Shown here: in pieces, positions 38,613-58,618 of the stretch
How the letters are laid out: each line of letters opens with the position of its first letter
How positions within the stretch are numbered: position 1 is the first letter of the stretch
NCBI RefSeq assembly: GCF_009914755.1
Contig: NC_060931.1
Length of the DNA stretch: 64,000 bases
From: the human T2T-CHM13v2.0 reference genome, Homo sapiens
Strand: one strand, 5' to 3'
Position numbers and translations under genes: made by a program
Notes under the pieces: model-generated
The model's database searches: none
What the model saw: only the letters and a program-made list of their open reading frames with translations
Told to the model about the DNA's origin: nothing

Positions 38613-40729
38613 TAATTTTTGTATTTTTTTTTTTTTTTTCAGTAGAGACGGGTTTCACCATGTTTGGCTGGGCTGGTCTCGAACTCCTGACCTCAGGTGA
38701 TCCACCCACCTTGGCCTCCCAAAGTGCTGAGATTACAGACTTGAGCCACGGTGCCCCGCCTGAATAGGAGCTTCTTAATCAAAATTTCAGCATGGCTCTG
38801 GGTCAAAATTGACCAGCTGATTTAATAAGTTGATGTAAAAATTTTACAGTCAGCTACCCCTGGGAGGGGGAGTCTCTCCCTAGTCAGTGAGGCACCAGAT
38901 GCCAGAGCATTGGCAATGTACAAGGGGCTCAGCCCTGTGGCTCATATGTGTAATCCCAGCACACTGAGAGGATGCCTTGAGCCTGGGAGATTGAGGCCAG
39001 CCTGGGTAACAGTGACACCACGTCTCTGCAAAAAAGAAAATTAGGGGAGAACTGTGGTGCGTGCCTATAGTCCCACCTACAGGCAGAGCGAGACCATGTC
39101 CCCCACTAAAAAGAGGCCAAGAATGCAGGAAATATAGATAATATGGGCCCTGTGATGGGTGGAGGCCAAATAGATCAATACAGAATTGAAGAAGACACAG
39201 AGCACTTGTATTTCCCTTCAGGCATAGCGCGCTGGCTAGGACTCCAGTACCGTGAAGGGAGGCAGTGAGAGCAGACATCTGTGCCTCATTCCTGATCTCA
39301 AGGGGAAAGCAAGAACAAGGTGGGTGCCAAGGAGGGGCAAGGGGCTGGGGCAGGCATAGACGTGGCTGGTGAGGAAAGGAGGATAGTTGTTGGGGGAAGG
39401 TGGGGACATACAAGCAGCAGTTCTCAAAATGGGCAGGGTCCTGGCCCCCTCCCTGCCTCTGCTGAACACTGCATCCCATGCCTCTCCCATGGCCACCTGC
39501 TGGGCTAACGGGCTGGATTTAGACTCTGCCCATGTTGGAATCATGCCCTCCTCCAGGGCCGGTGCCTCCCAAAACCCCCCTCTGAGAGAGAGCCACAGCC
39601 CCAGGCTTAGCCCCAGGCCCTGTCACTGCTGTTGGGGGAGGGAGGATGAACCATCCGGGAGGCCTCACACCATTCCAGAGCAGAAATCCTGACACAAAAG
39701 GAATCTCCCATGGGGGTTCAGCTGGGTCCAGAGCCCGGAAAGTGACATAAACACGCACCTTGCATCTAAGGAGAATGCACGTGGCGGTACCGGGCCTGAG
39801 GCCCCTGGGGAGTATGTACCCTCCAGAGCTACCCAGAGGCTGTTGGCTAAAAGTTCTATGTGGCCCCCTCCTTGGGCAGCCTGGTAAGCAGGTGACCTTC
39901 TAGCTGGGTCCCATGGGCCACGGGCAAGGCAGGAATGGAACGAAGAGTCAGTCCTCAGTGGCTGGGTGTTGTATCCCATGCCTATAATCCCAGCACTTTG
40001 GGAGGCTGAGGTGGGCAGATCACTTGAGGCCAGGAGTTTGAGACCAGCCTGGCCAACATGGTGAAACCCTGTCTCTACTAAAAATATAAAAATTAGCTGG
40101 GTGTGGTGGCACACACCTGTAATTCCCAGCTACTTGGAAGGCTGAGGCAGGAGAATTACTTGAACCCAGGAAGCAGAGGTTACCGTGAGCCAAGATCACA
40201 CCATTGCACTCCAGCCTGGGCAACACAGCGAGAATCCATCTCAAAAAAAAAAAACAAAAAGTCCTCAGGCAGGGTGGGCCACCCTCTTGAGGCCTTGCCC
40301 AAACAGCCAGGGGGTCCCTTGTCCTCTTTTCGGCCCACCTTTGCAGGTGGGACCAGTTCAGTCCAAAGCCCCGGTGCCTCAGTTTCCCTGTGGGTTGAAC
40401 AAGGAGAATGAGGTGTATAGGGCCTGGCTCAGACGGAGGGGTTTCCTGAGCATGGGGAGCCTGTTTCCTCAGACCTGTGAAGGGAAGGAGGGTGGATCGG
40501 CCTGACTGGCCCTGGGAAGCACAGAGGAGCCTACTGGGACCAGGGAAGAGACTGACAAGAGAAGGGAGGCCTGTCCCTGCCTGCTTCTGTCTCAAGAAGA
40601 TTGTTATCACTTCCTCTGGTGAAATCCTGCCTTCCTGTCCCCACGGCCCCTCAGCTGATGCCACCTTACTCTGGAGAGGATGGGCAGAGCCTCCTATGGA
40701 GGGAGCCCTGTGGGTCACCAAAGCTCCAG

Positions 40730-40963
<234 letters not shown>

Positions 40964-42191
40964 TGAGTCCAGCTGCCCTGGCACCAAGGAACCTTCCTGG
41001 TTCAGCCATAGGCTCAGGTGTGTGGAGGGAATGACCTGAGGGGCTGTATGAGGGAACAACCTCCTGGGGCTCCCCTATGCCTGAGTTCCTGCAACTCAGA
41101 AGTTGAGGCCCAGAGATCCAGGTAGAGGGGGCTCCAGTCCTGGGACTGCCCTGCAAGTCATGTGGCCTGGGACAGGGCTTCTCCAAGCTCTGTCCCCTCC
41201 TGTGTAGGGCAGGGAGGTCAGAGGGGACCCTGCAGATCCAGTCTCATGTCTGGGGGTCAAGGGGTGGCCTCGAGAGGGACCAGTCTCTGTGTAGGGGACC
41301 GTCAGCCCCCTCACCCCTTGAGCAAGACTGTGGTCCCTGCACCAAGGGAGCAGGCCTGGGGTGGGAAGAGGCCAGCTGGGCTGTGGTGGTGCCTGGGGAC
41401 TGCATGGGAGCCCCTGCCAGGGAGGGAGAGGGACAGAGGACAAGCTGGGGGCTCTGGTGCTTGGGCTGGGGGCTGAGCGCCTGTGACCTCCACTGGCTTC
41501 CTCCTTCTCCTCTCTGAGGACTGAATCTGGGGTGCAGCAGAGCACAGACTCAGGCCCGCCTTTCCTCTCCCTGAAAGAGCCTGCGCTGGCCTTGGACAGA
41601 GAAAGGGATGAGAAGTGAGGCTGAGTGCGGTGGGGTCTGCAGGGATCCAGGTGGGAGGGGCCCAGCCAGCCAAGGTGAGGCCCAGCCCCTCAGCAGGAAG
41701 ATGGGCACTGGGGCCCTTGGGCAGGGCTGACTTGACACTTTTGTGTGACTTGAGCCACTGTGCCCAGCCTGAACACCCTTTCCTGGTAAAACACTCCACA
41801 AACCAGGAAGAGAAGGAATGTACTGCAACAAAATAAAGGCCAGTCATGCAAGGCCCATGGCTGAAAGTCTTTCAGTCATTTTAGATGAAAGACTGAAATC
41901 TTTGCCTCCAAGATCAGGAACAAGAGAAGGATGCCCGCTCTCACTACTTCTATTCAACACAGGATTTGAAGTCAGGCCGGGCACAGTGGCTCACGCCTGT
42001 AATCCCAGCACTTTTGGAGGCTGAGGCGGGCAGATTACTTGAGCCTATGAGTGTGAGACCACCCTGGCCAACATGGCAAAACCCCATCTCTACTAAAAAA
42101 AAAAAAAAAAAAAGGATTTGAAGTCCTGGCCGGAGCAATTAGGCAAGGGATAAAAAGGCACCTAAGGCCCTTTTGCAATAAGAAGCCAGAT

Positions 42192-42205
42192 GGATAAAGG
42201 AAGTG
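42192..42205 (+). promoter_or_regulatory. PILRB proximal ETS/PU.1-like site with adjacent GATA core (GGATAAAGGAAGTG)
   Basis: About 180 bp upstream of the ATG and identical in PILRA (57545-57558). Binding is inferred. Confidence 0.5.
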
Positions 42206-42381
42206 CTGGTCACCCTGGAGGTGTACTGGTTTGGGGAAGGTCCCCGGCCCCCACAGCCCTCTGGGGAGCCTCACCCTGGCTCTCCCCACTCACCTCAGCC
42301 CTCAGGCAGCCCCTCCACAGGGCCCCTCTCCTGCCTGGACAGCTCTGCTGGTCTCCCCGTCCCCTGGAGAAGAACAAGGCC

Positions 42382-42445
42382 ATGGGTCGGCCCCTGCTGC
42401 TGCCCCTGCTGCTCCTGCTGCAGCCGCCAGCATTTCTGCAGCCTG
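42382..42445 (+). CDS. PILRB: PILRB coding exon 1, signal peptide
   Basis: MGRPLLLPLLLLLQPPAFLQP, Kozak gccATGG, donor gtgagt. Confidence 0.96.
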
Positions 42446-42683
42446 GTGAGTACCCAGGACCGCCCAGGTATGGTCTCTGCCCAAACCACAGGAGGGGCCA
42501 ACCCAAGACAAAGGCAGAACATCTGGGGCAGGGGCCAGGCTCCCACCTCCAGCAAACAAGGGCGGGTCCCATAGGGGTGGGTGCCGCCATCTCTTCCCCC
42601 TCCACCCTCCCCCATGCCTGAAGAGTGGGAGACCCAGGCCAGAGGTCAGTCCAGCCACCTGTCACACGACTGCCTGTGGGTGA

Positions 42684-43217
<534 letters not shown>

Positions 43218-43415
43218 TGATGTCTTCACATTTAAACCCAGTGGTCTGGATTGAGAGCTGTTAGCATTTCACCTTGCTACCCCTTCCATGTCTGGGCTTC
43301 TGAGAGCAGCTTGCTCATCCTGAATGTCCCCAATCTAGAAAGCAGCACACCATGCCTTTCATCCAGACGCCCCACACCCCCAGAAGAGGGTCTGCTCATT
43401 CCTCATCTCTTCCAG

Positions 43416-43616
43416 CTGTCACAACCACCACCACCTGGAGGCCCAGCAGCACAACCACCATAGCCGGCCTCAGGGTCACAGAAAGCAAAGGGCACTCAGA
43501 ATCATGGCACCTAAGTCTGGACACTGCCATCAGGGTTGCATTGGCTGTCGCTGTGCTCAAAACTGTCATTTTGGGACTGCTGTGCCTCCTCCTCCTGTGG
43601 TGGAGGAGAAGGAAAG
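43416..43616 (+). CDS. PILRB: PILRB coding exon 3, Thr-rich stalk and transmembrane helix with Lys (DAP12 pairing)
   Basis: AVTTTTTWRPSS...VALAVAVLKTVILGLLCLLLLWWRRRK. Lys codon at 43559-43561. Confidence 0.96.
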
Positions 43617-43686
43617 GTAAGTGCCCAGAACGCACTGTCTCCTCAAGCTTCCCAGCTGGGGGTTTCTCTGAGCCCACCTGCAGCTA

Positions 43687-43881
<195 letters not shown>

Positions 43882-43900
43882 TCACAAGGCCAAGAGATCA

Positions 43901-44175
<275 letters not shown>

Positions 44176-44858
44176 TCATCAATCATCCACGCTCCCCTGA
44201 AGGTTCCTGGGGAGGGGAGGGCCTGCCCTGGGAAAAGAACAGAGAGAGGAGAAGGGACCAGAATTGGGCTGAGCTCAGCAGGCACTGGCTGACTGCCCTC
44301 CTGCCACGGCCTGGCTTGAAACTGGAGAAGCAAAGTATATAAAGCATAGGCTCTGCTCTCAGGGAACTGGGGGTGTGGAGTTGTCAGTTGCCTCAAGGAC
44401 TAATTGCTTCATTGAGAAAGAACTATGGTATTGCTAAACAAGGGTGGGAGGAGAGAGAGGTAATCAGGGAGGACTTCCCACAGGAGGTGGCATCTGCAGA
44501 TGTCTCAAAAAAGAAAAGAATTAGCCTGGCAAGAGGTGAGGATTGTGTAGAGGTCACTCACTTTCCTTGTGGGTGGAGGAAACCATTCCAGGAGCTGTAG
44601 GAAGCTTGGTGCTGGTGAAGGAGGCAGGAGAGGAGAGAAGAGGAGATGACCTTAGAAATCACATCCAAGAGCCTCTGATCCCAGAGGCAGCGTGAGGCAG
44701 CAAAGGGTGACCTCAGTTCCCCATGAGAGACCTCAGTCTATGGAGGAATGGCCAGAGGTGGGCCAGGCTGGGTCAGTGCAGTGCAGGAGTGAGGTGGAGA
44801 GAGGGAAAGGGCCAGATCCTAGAAAAGATTAAGTAATAAAAACCAATGAGATTGTTAG

Positions 44859-45188
<330 letters not shown>

Positions 45189-46229
45189 TAGTTTTAGTAG
45201 AGACGGGGTTTCACTCTGTTAGCCAGGATGGTCTCGATCTCCTGACCTCGTGATCCGCCTGCCTCGGCCTTCCAAAGTGCTGGGATTACAGGCTTGAGCC
45301 ACCGCACCCGGCCAGTTTGGAATCTGTTATACGGGAGATCCATGTGTGGCATCTCAGCAGAGTTGTCCATTGGAAACTTGGATGTACACATTTCCAGTTC
45401 AAAAGAGAGGACAAGGCTCCAGGCAGCAATGAGTTCTACCTCAATATCCTCCAAACCTGACAGTAAGTTACCATCAAGAAAGTCTTCAGGCCAGGCACGG
45501 TGGCTAATGCCTATAATCCCAGCACCTTGGGAGGCCAAGGCGGCTGGATCACCTGAGGTCAGGCGTTCAAGACCAGCCTGGCCAAAATGGTGAAACCCCA
45601 TCTCAATTAAAAACACAAAAAATTAGCCAGGCATGGTGGCCGACACCTGTAGTCCAAGCTACTCAGGAAGCTGAGGCAGGAGAATTGCTTGAACCCAGGA
45701 GGTGGAGGCTGCAGTGAGCCGAGATGGTGACACTGCACTCCAGCCTGGCTGATAGAGCGAGACTCCATCTATAAAAAGTAAAAAAGAAAGTCTTCAGTGA
45801 AAGGAGATTCGCCCTATCAGCTATGAAAGCACAGAGGGGAGGAACATGGAGTAGGGGCTGCCTGCAGTCAGATCCTGCCCTCACAACCTTGCCAGGGAAA
45901 CAGGCTCGTGGGTACAAAGGTTGTGTGCCTCAACTTCCTCATGGAAGCACGTGAGATTATTTTATAACCATAGAGTGGAGACAGTCAGTATGACCACCAA
46001 ACCCAGGAGCCATATATTAAAATACTGATAAATTTAACTATATAAAAAAATTTTTGCCGGGTGCGGTGGCTCACACCTGTGATTCTAGCAGAAAATCAGA
46101 TCAGGAGATCACAGAAGGTCAAGGAACTACTGAGAGAGCAGGAATGGAGAGCAGGGGGGTCAGCAGGAAGCTTGGAGAATCTGCAAAATAGTAGATTACA
46201 AAGGATCAAAAGTCAGTGAGGTTCAACAA

Positions 46230-50025
<3,796 letters not shown>

Positions 50026-50053
50026 TGGTTTTTTTTTTTTTTTTTTTTTTTAG

Positions 50054-50245
<192 letters not shown>

Positions 50246-51171
50246 TGATCTCGAACTCCTGACCTCAGGTGATCTGCCCACCTTGGCCTCCCAATCCTGG
50301 GATTATCACCGCGTGAGCCACCGCACCCACCTTAGGTGTTAGGCTGGAAGGAGTGAAAGTTGCAATATGAAAATGATACTAGCAGTTAATATTTCAGAGT
50401 TCCCAGTCCCAACATTAAAAAACAAAAAACCTGTAGAAGTGGAAGGGGAGGTCCCTGGAGTTGAGGGGTGCCGTGAGGCCTGGGTTCAGAGGGTGTCTCT
50501 GTGGACGTGGAGCCCTCCCAGGAGGGGGCTGGATGGTGGAGGGGATGTCTGTGGACCAGGAGCCCAGTGCTTGGGAAACACTGCAAGGATGCCAGGGGGA
50601 CAAGAGGGGCAGGGCACAGTGGGAGAGGCAGCAGAGGATTCAGGGTGAGACCAGCCAGAGGGGAGGGGAGGCCTAGAGGTGGCAACAGAACTTGAACAGC
50701 CACAAACATGAGTCCCAAGCATGAGGCTCCCAAGGCTGGAGGGCAGACACAGCCGCCACCCAGAAGGAAACCACAGGCGCGGTCTCCCTGAGGACCTGGA
50801 GGGAGAGGTGGGGGTGCCTATGTCAAGGGAAGGGGAGGGAAGGAAGAGATGGGTGGGCGAGGGCTCAGCGATAGAGGGAGCCAGGTTGGGGCTGAGCAGA
50901 GAGCTCAAGAGCGAAGGAAGCCAACAGAGGGTAGCAAGGTTTTGCGGGGGCGGTTTCAGGAGATGACGTGGTGGACAACAGGGAGAACAGGTCGGGGGGG
51001 AGCCTCAGGGTGCCAGCTGAGTCCCAGGCCCTTCCTGATGGGTTTGGGCAGAGCTGATCTGCTGCTCTGGTCCCTCTAAGGAGGGCCTCAGCCTAGGGCG
51101 CAGCAGAGAAGGTGGGATGGAGACTGCTATCACCTGGATGCCACCCTGACTCACTGTTGGTCCCCCTACAC

Positions 51172-51205
51172 GTCAGCAGCGGACTAAAGCCACAACCCCA
51201 GCCAG
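51172..51205 (+). pseudogene. Fossil PILRA-type cytoplasmic exon (GQQRTKATTPAR) in PILRB intron 3
   Basis: Matches the recalled PILRA juxtamembrane sequence in the correct phase. Flanks are ctacAC| and |CTgagt. Confidence 0.85.
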
Positions 51206-51399
51206 CTGAGTGCTGGGCCTCCCCAAGGGAGTGGGGAGTACAGGTGCGGGCAGGGGACGGGTTTGGAAATCAGGGACTGTGCTGCTAAGAACCCCACAAG
51301 CCCAGCCTGCCACAAATTCTCCTGAGTTTTTGCCACCTCCCACTTAAATCTGATCTCTGAAGCAACTGCCTCGCCTGCCTCACTAATAATCCTGGCCCT

Positions 51400-51755
51400 G
51401 CATCTAAAAACACTTCCCCTCCTGCAGGTAGCAGGGCGCCAAGCAGTGACTTCTGACCAACAGAGTGTGGGGAGAAGGGATGTGTATTAGCCCCGGAGGA
51501 CGTGATGTGAGACCCGCTTGTGAGTCCTCCACACTCGTTCCCCATTGGCAAGATACATGGAGAGCACCCTGAGGACCTTTAAAAGGCAAAGCCGCAAGGC
51601 AGAAGGAGGCTGGGTCCCTGAATCACCGACTGGAGGAGAGTTACCTACAAGAGCCTTCATCCAGGAGCATCCACACTGCAATGATATAGGAATGAGGTCT
51701 GAACTCCACTGAATTAAACCACTGGCATTTGGGGGCTGTTTATTATAGCAGTGCA
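51400..51755 (+). mobile_element. MLT1-type MaLR LTR overlapping the PILRB last exon
   Basis: Motifs gtgacttctgaccaacagagtgt...gaagggatgtg, ctgggtccctgaatcacc..tggag and aaaccactggcatttgggggctgtttattatagca. Confidence 0.65.
51428..51456 (+). CDS. PILRB: PILRB last coding exon (GSRAPSSDF*); 3'UTR to about 51910
   Basis: cctgcag| acceptor. 64+390+201+29 = 684 nt = 227 aa plus stop. AATAAA at 51884-51889. Confidence 0.93.
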
Positions 51756-52048
51756 AAGAGTTCCTTTATCCTCCCCAAGGATGGAAAAATACAATTTATT
51801 TTGCTTACCATACACCCCTTTTCTCCTCGTCCACATTTTCCAATCTGTATGGTGGCTGTCTTCTATGGCAGAAGGTTTTGGGGAATAAATAGCGTGAAAT
51901 GCTGCTGACACTTCCCTGTGCATCTCCCACATGGCTGCCAAGTGCCCCTTCCTGCTCTGCAGTACCTGAGTCCAGTCATGATGCAGGGAGCCTCCCCACT
52001 AGAAACAGATGGCACTCACAGATTTAAAGCAGTTGGAAGCAAGTTTAA

Positions 52049-52995
<947 letters not shown>

Positions 52996-54011
52996 GGGCC
53001 AGGCACAGTGGCTCATGACTGTAATCCCAGCACATTTTGAGGCTGAGGTGGGAGAATCAATTGAGCCCTCAGGTGGCAACTGAGGCTGCAGTGAGTTGTG
53101 ATTGCACCACTGTACTCCAGCCTGGGTGACAGAGAGAGAGCCTGTCTCAAAAAAAAAAGACAAAACAAAAAACCTGGCCAATACGGTGAAACCCCATCTC
53201 TACTGAAAATGATCGTCACCTGATCCCCACCCCTTGAAGATGCCTCCACCCTCTCCATACGCATTTGGTCAGCACTAACTGCCCTGGGTGACAGGCACAC
53301 TGCACTGGGTGACAAGGACCCAAAGCTACACCAGCCAGTGCCCCAGCCCTCAAGCACCTCCCTGTGCAGAAGGAAGACAACACAGAAAAGGGAAGCATGG
53401 TTGTCACAGAGGCCCAGAGGACTGCTGGCTGATGTCACTGAATGGGGAAGTGGTTGGCCGCACAGGCCCCAAGCTCAGACCTGATGCCACAGTGGACGTT
53501 CCTGGGCCATGTGACCTCAGGCTAGGCTCAGAACCACCCTCAGGGCCTCCGTTTCTTTCTGTATAAATTGAGGACCATACAGAGATGCTGCCTACCTCCT
53601 GGGATTGTCCAGAGAGTTAAAAGCTCTTTTAAAATGCGCCTGCTGGGCCAGGCACAGTGTCTCACACCTGTAATCCCAGCACTTTGGGAGGCTGAGGCAG
53701 GCAGATCACAAGGTCAGGAGGTCGAGACCAGCCTGAACAACATAGCAAAGCTCCATCTCTACTAAAAATACAAAAAGTAGCCGGGCGGGCATGGTGGCAC
53801 GTGCCTGTAATCCCAGCTACTCAGGAGGCTGAGGCAGGAGAATCACTTGAACTCAGGAAGTGGAAGTTGCAGTGAGCCGAGATTGTACCATTGCACTCCA
53901 GCCTGGGTGACAGAGCGAGACTCCGTCTCAAAAAATAAAAATAAATCAAATGCACCTGCTGGCAGGGCGCGGTGGTTCATGCCTGTAATCTCAGCAACTT
54001 TGGGAGGCCTA

Positions 54012-55075
<1,064 letters not shown>

Positions 55076-57734
55076 GGGGCTTGGTGAGGTGGCTCACACC
55101 TGTCATCCCAGCACTGAGGGAGGCCGAGGCAGGAGGATTGCTTAAGCCCAGGAACTTGAGACCAGCCTAGACAACATAGTGAGACCCCATCTCTCAAAAA
55201 AAAAAAAAAATTAGCCGTGTGTGGTGGTGTGTGCCTGTGGTCTTCACTACTTGGGAGGCTGAGGTCAGCAAATTGCTTCAGCCCAGGAGTGATGGTGATC
55301 GCGTCCCTACACTCCAGTCTGTGGACACTCTAGTACCTTGAGGACAGTACAGCCTGATTACAGAAGCTTTACAGCAAGTCTTGAAGTCAGGTATTATAAA
55401 TCTTCCACCTTCATTCTTCATTTGTAAAGGCCTTTTGGCTATTCTAGGTCCTTTGAATTACTGTGAGAATATTACAGTTGGCTTGTGAACTCCACAAAGC
55501 CTATGGGATGTCGATTGGGATCAGAGGAAAGCAGGAACGGTGGGTGCCAAGGAGAGGTGAGGGGCTGGGGGCAGGGACGGATGTGGCCAGTGAGGACAGT
55601 AGGATACTTGTTGGGGGAATGTGGGGACATCCAAGCAGTGGTTCTCATAATGCGGTGCAGGGTACTTACCCCCTCCCTGCCCCTGCTCCCCACACACGAC
55701 TTCCCACGCCTCTCCCATGAGCACCTGCACTAAGGGGCTGCATTTAGGCTCTGCCCACATTGGAATCATGCCCTCCTCCAGGCCCTCCTCCTCCTCTCAG
55801 AAGCCCTGTCTGTGAGAGAGCCACAGCCCCAGGCTCAGTCCCAGGTTCTGTCACTGCTGTTGGGGGAGGGAGGATGAACAAATCCAGGAGACCTCACACC
55901 ATCCCAGAGCAGAAATCCTGACACAGAAGGAATCTCCCATGGGGGTTCAGCTGGATCCAGGGCCTGAAAGTGACATAAACATGCATGTTGCATCTAAGGA
56001 GACTGCACGTGGCAGCATTGGGCAGCATGTGCCCTCCAGAGCTACCCAGAGGCTGTTGGCTATAAGTTCTATGTGGCCCCCACATTGGACAGCCTGGTAA
56101 GCAGGTGACCTTTCAGCCAGGTCCTCAGGTGGGGCGGGCCACCCTCTCGAGGCCCTGCCCAGACAGCCAGGGGGTCCCTTGTCCTCTCTGCAGCCCATCT
56201 TTCCAGCTGTGACCAGTTCAGCCCAAAGCCCCCGTCCCTCAGTTTCCCTGTGGGTTGAATGGAGATAATGTGTCACCTCAGAATGTTGTGAAGCAGAGAA
56301 TGAGGTGTTTAGGGCCTGGCTCAGACGGAGGGGTTTCCTGAGCATGGGGAACCTGTTTCCTCAGGCCTGTAAAGGGAGGGAGGGCGGGCCGGCCTGGCTG
56401 GCCCTGGGAAGCACAGAGGAGCCTACTAGGACCAGGGAAGAGACTAAGAGAAGGGAGGCCCGTCCCTGCCTGCTTCTGTCTCAAGAAGGCTGATGTCACT
56501 TCCTCTGATGAAATCCTGTCTTCCCCCACGGCCCCTCAACTGATGCCACCTCACCCTGGAGAGGGTGGGCAGAGCCTCCTACGGAGGGAGCCCTGTGCAC
56601 CACCAAAGCTCCCTGCTCCAGTGACCACCCCCGGGCAAAGGCCGGCAGATCCCCGTTAGAGATGGGCCCAGGACTGTGTGTGGGGTGGGTGTTGCTCTGA
56701 GCCTTCACTTTCTTCTGTGTCCAAGGAAGCTTCTGGATCAGCCAAGGGCTCAGGTGTGTGGAGGGAATGACCTGAGGGGCTGTATGAAGGGACAGCCTCC
56801 TGTCCTGCACTCAGAAGTTGAGGCCCAGAGATTCCACCCTTCAGCCAGGCCCAGACATCTGGGTTGAGGGGGCTCCAGTCCTGTACCCACTACTGCAAGT
56901 CACGTGGCCTGGGGCAGGGCTTCTCAGAGCCCTGTCCCCTCCTGTGTAGGGCGGGACGTCAGAGGGGAGCCTGCAGACCCAGTCTCATGTCTTGGGGGTC
57001 AAGGGGTGGCTTCCAGAAGGACCAGTCTCTGTGTAGGGGACCATTAGCCCCCTCACCCCTTGAGCAAGGTCGTGGTGCCTGCACCGAGAGAGGGCCTGGG
57101 GCAGGAAGAGGCCAGCTGGGTCGTGGTGGTGCCTGGGGACTGCATGGGAGCCCCTGCCAGGGAGGGAGAGGGACAGAGGACAAGCTGGGGGCTCTTCTGC
57201 TTGGGCTGGGGGCTGAGCACCTGTGACCTCCACCGGCTTCCTTCTCCTCCTCTCTGAGGACTGAATCTGGGGCGCAGAAGGACAGAGATTCAGGCCTGCC
57301 TTTCCTCTCCCTGAAAGAGCCTGCGCTGGCCCTGGGCAGAGAGAAGGATGAGAAGTGAGGCTGAGTGAGGTGGGGTCTGCAGGGATCCAGGTGGGAGGGG
57401 CCCAGCCAGCCAAGGTCAGGCCCAGCCCCCCAAGGTCAGGCCCAGCCCCTCGGCAGGAGGACGGGGACCGCGGCCTTTGGGCAGGGCTGACTTGGCACTG
57501 ACCACAAGGGAGGCCCTTTTGCAATAGGGGAAAATAAGCCAGATGGATAAAGGAAGTGCTGGTCACCCTGGAGGTGCACTGGTTTGGGGAAGGCTCCTGG
57601 CCCCCACAGCCCTCTTCGGAGCCTGAGCCCGGCTCTCCTCACTCACCTCAACCCCCAGGCGGCCCCTCCACAGGGCCCCTCTCCTGCCTGGACGGCTCTG
57701 CTGGTCTCCCCGTCCCCTGGAGAAGAACAAGGCC

Positions 57735-57798
57735 ATGGGTCGGCCCCTGCTGCTGCCCCTACTGCCCCTGCTGCTGCCGCCAGCATTTCTGCAGCCTA
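57735..57798 (+). CDS. PILRA: PILRA coding exon 1, signal peptide
   Basis: MGRPLLLPLLPLLLPPAFLQP, donor gtgagt. Confidence 0.96.
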
Positions 57799-58036
57799 GT
57801 GAGTACCCAGGACCACCCAGATGTGGGCTCTGCCCAAACCACAGGAGGGGCCAACCCGAGACAAAGGTGGGACATCTTGGGGAGGGCCCAGGCTCCCACC
57901 ACCAGGAAACAAGGGCGGGTCCCACAGGGGCGGGTGACCCCATCCTCTCCCCCTCCTCCCTCCCCCATGCCTGAAGAGTGGGAGACCCAGGCCAGAGGTC
58001 AGTCCAGCCACCTGTCACACGACTGCCTGTGGGTGA

Positions 58037-58618
<582 letters not shown>

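Noticed and set aside
51081-51111. Possible 31-bp exon (ctaag|...|gtggga) before the fossil exon
   Set aside because: No match to PILR protein I can recall; weak sites.
53318-53345. DPKL-like codons resembling a later PILRA tail exon
   Set aside because: Too short, no matching splice context.
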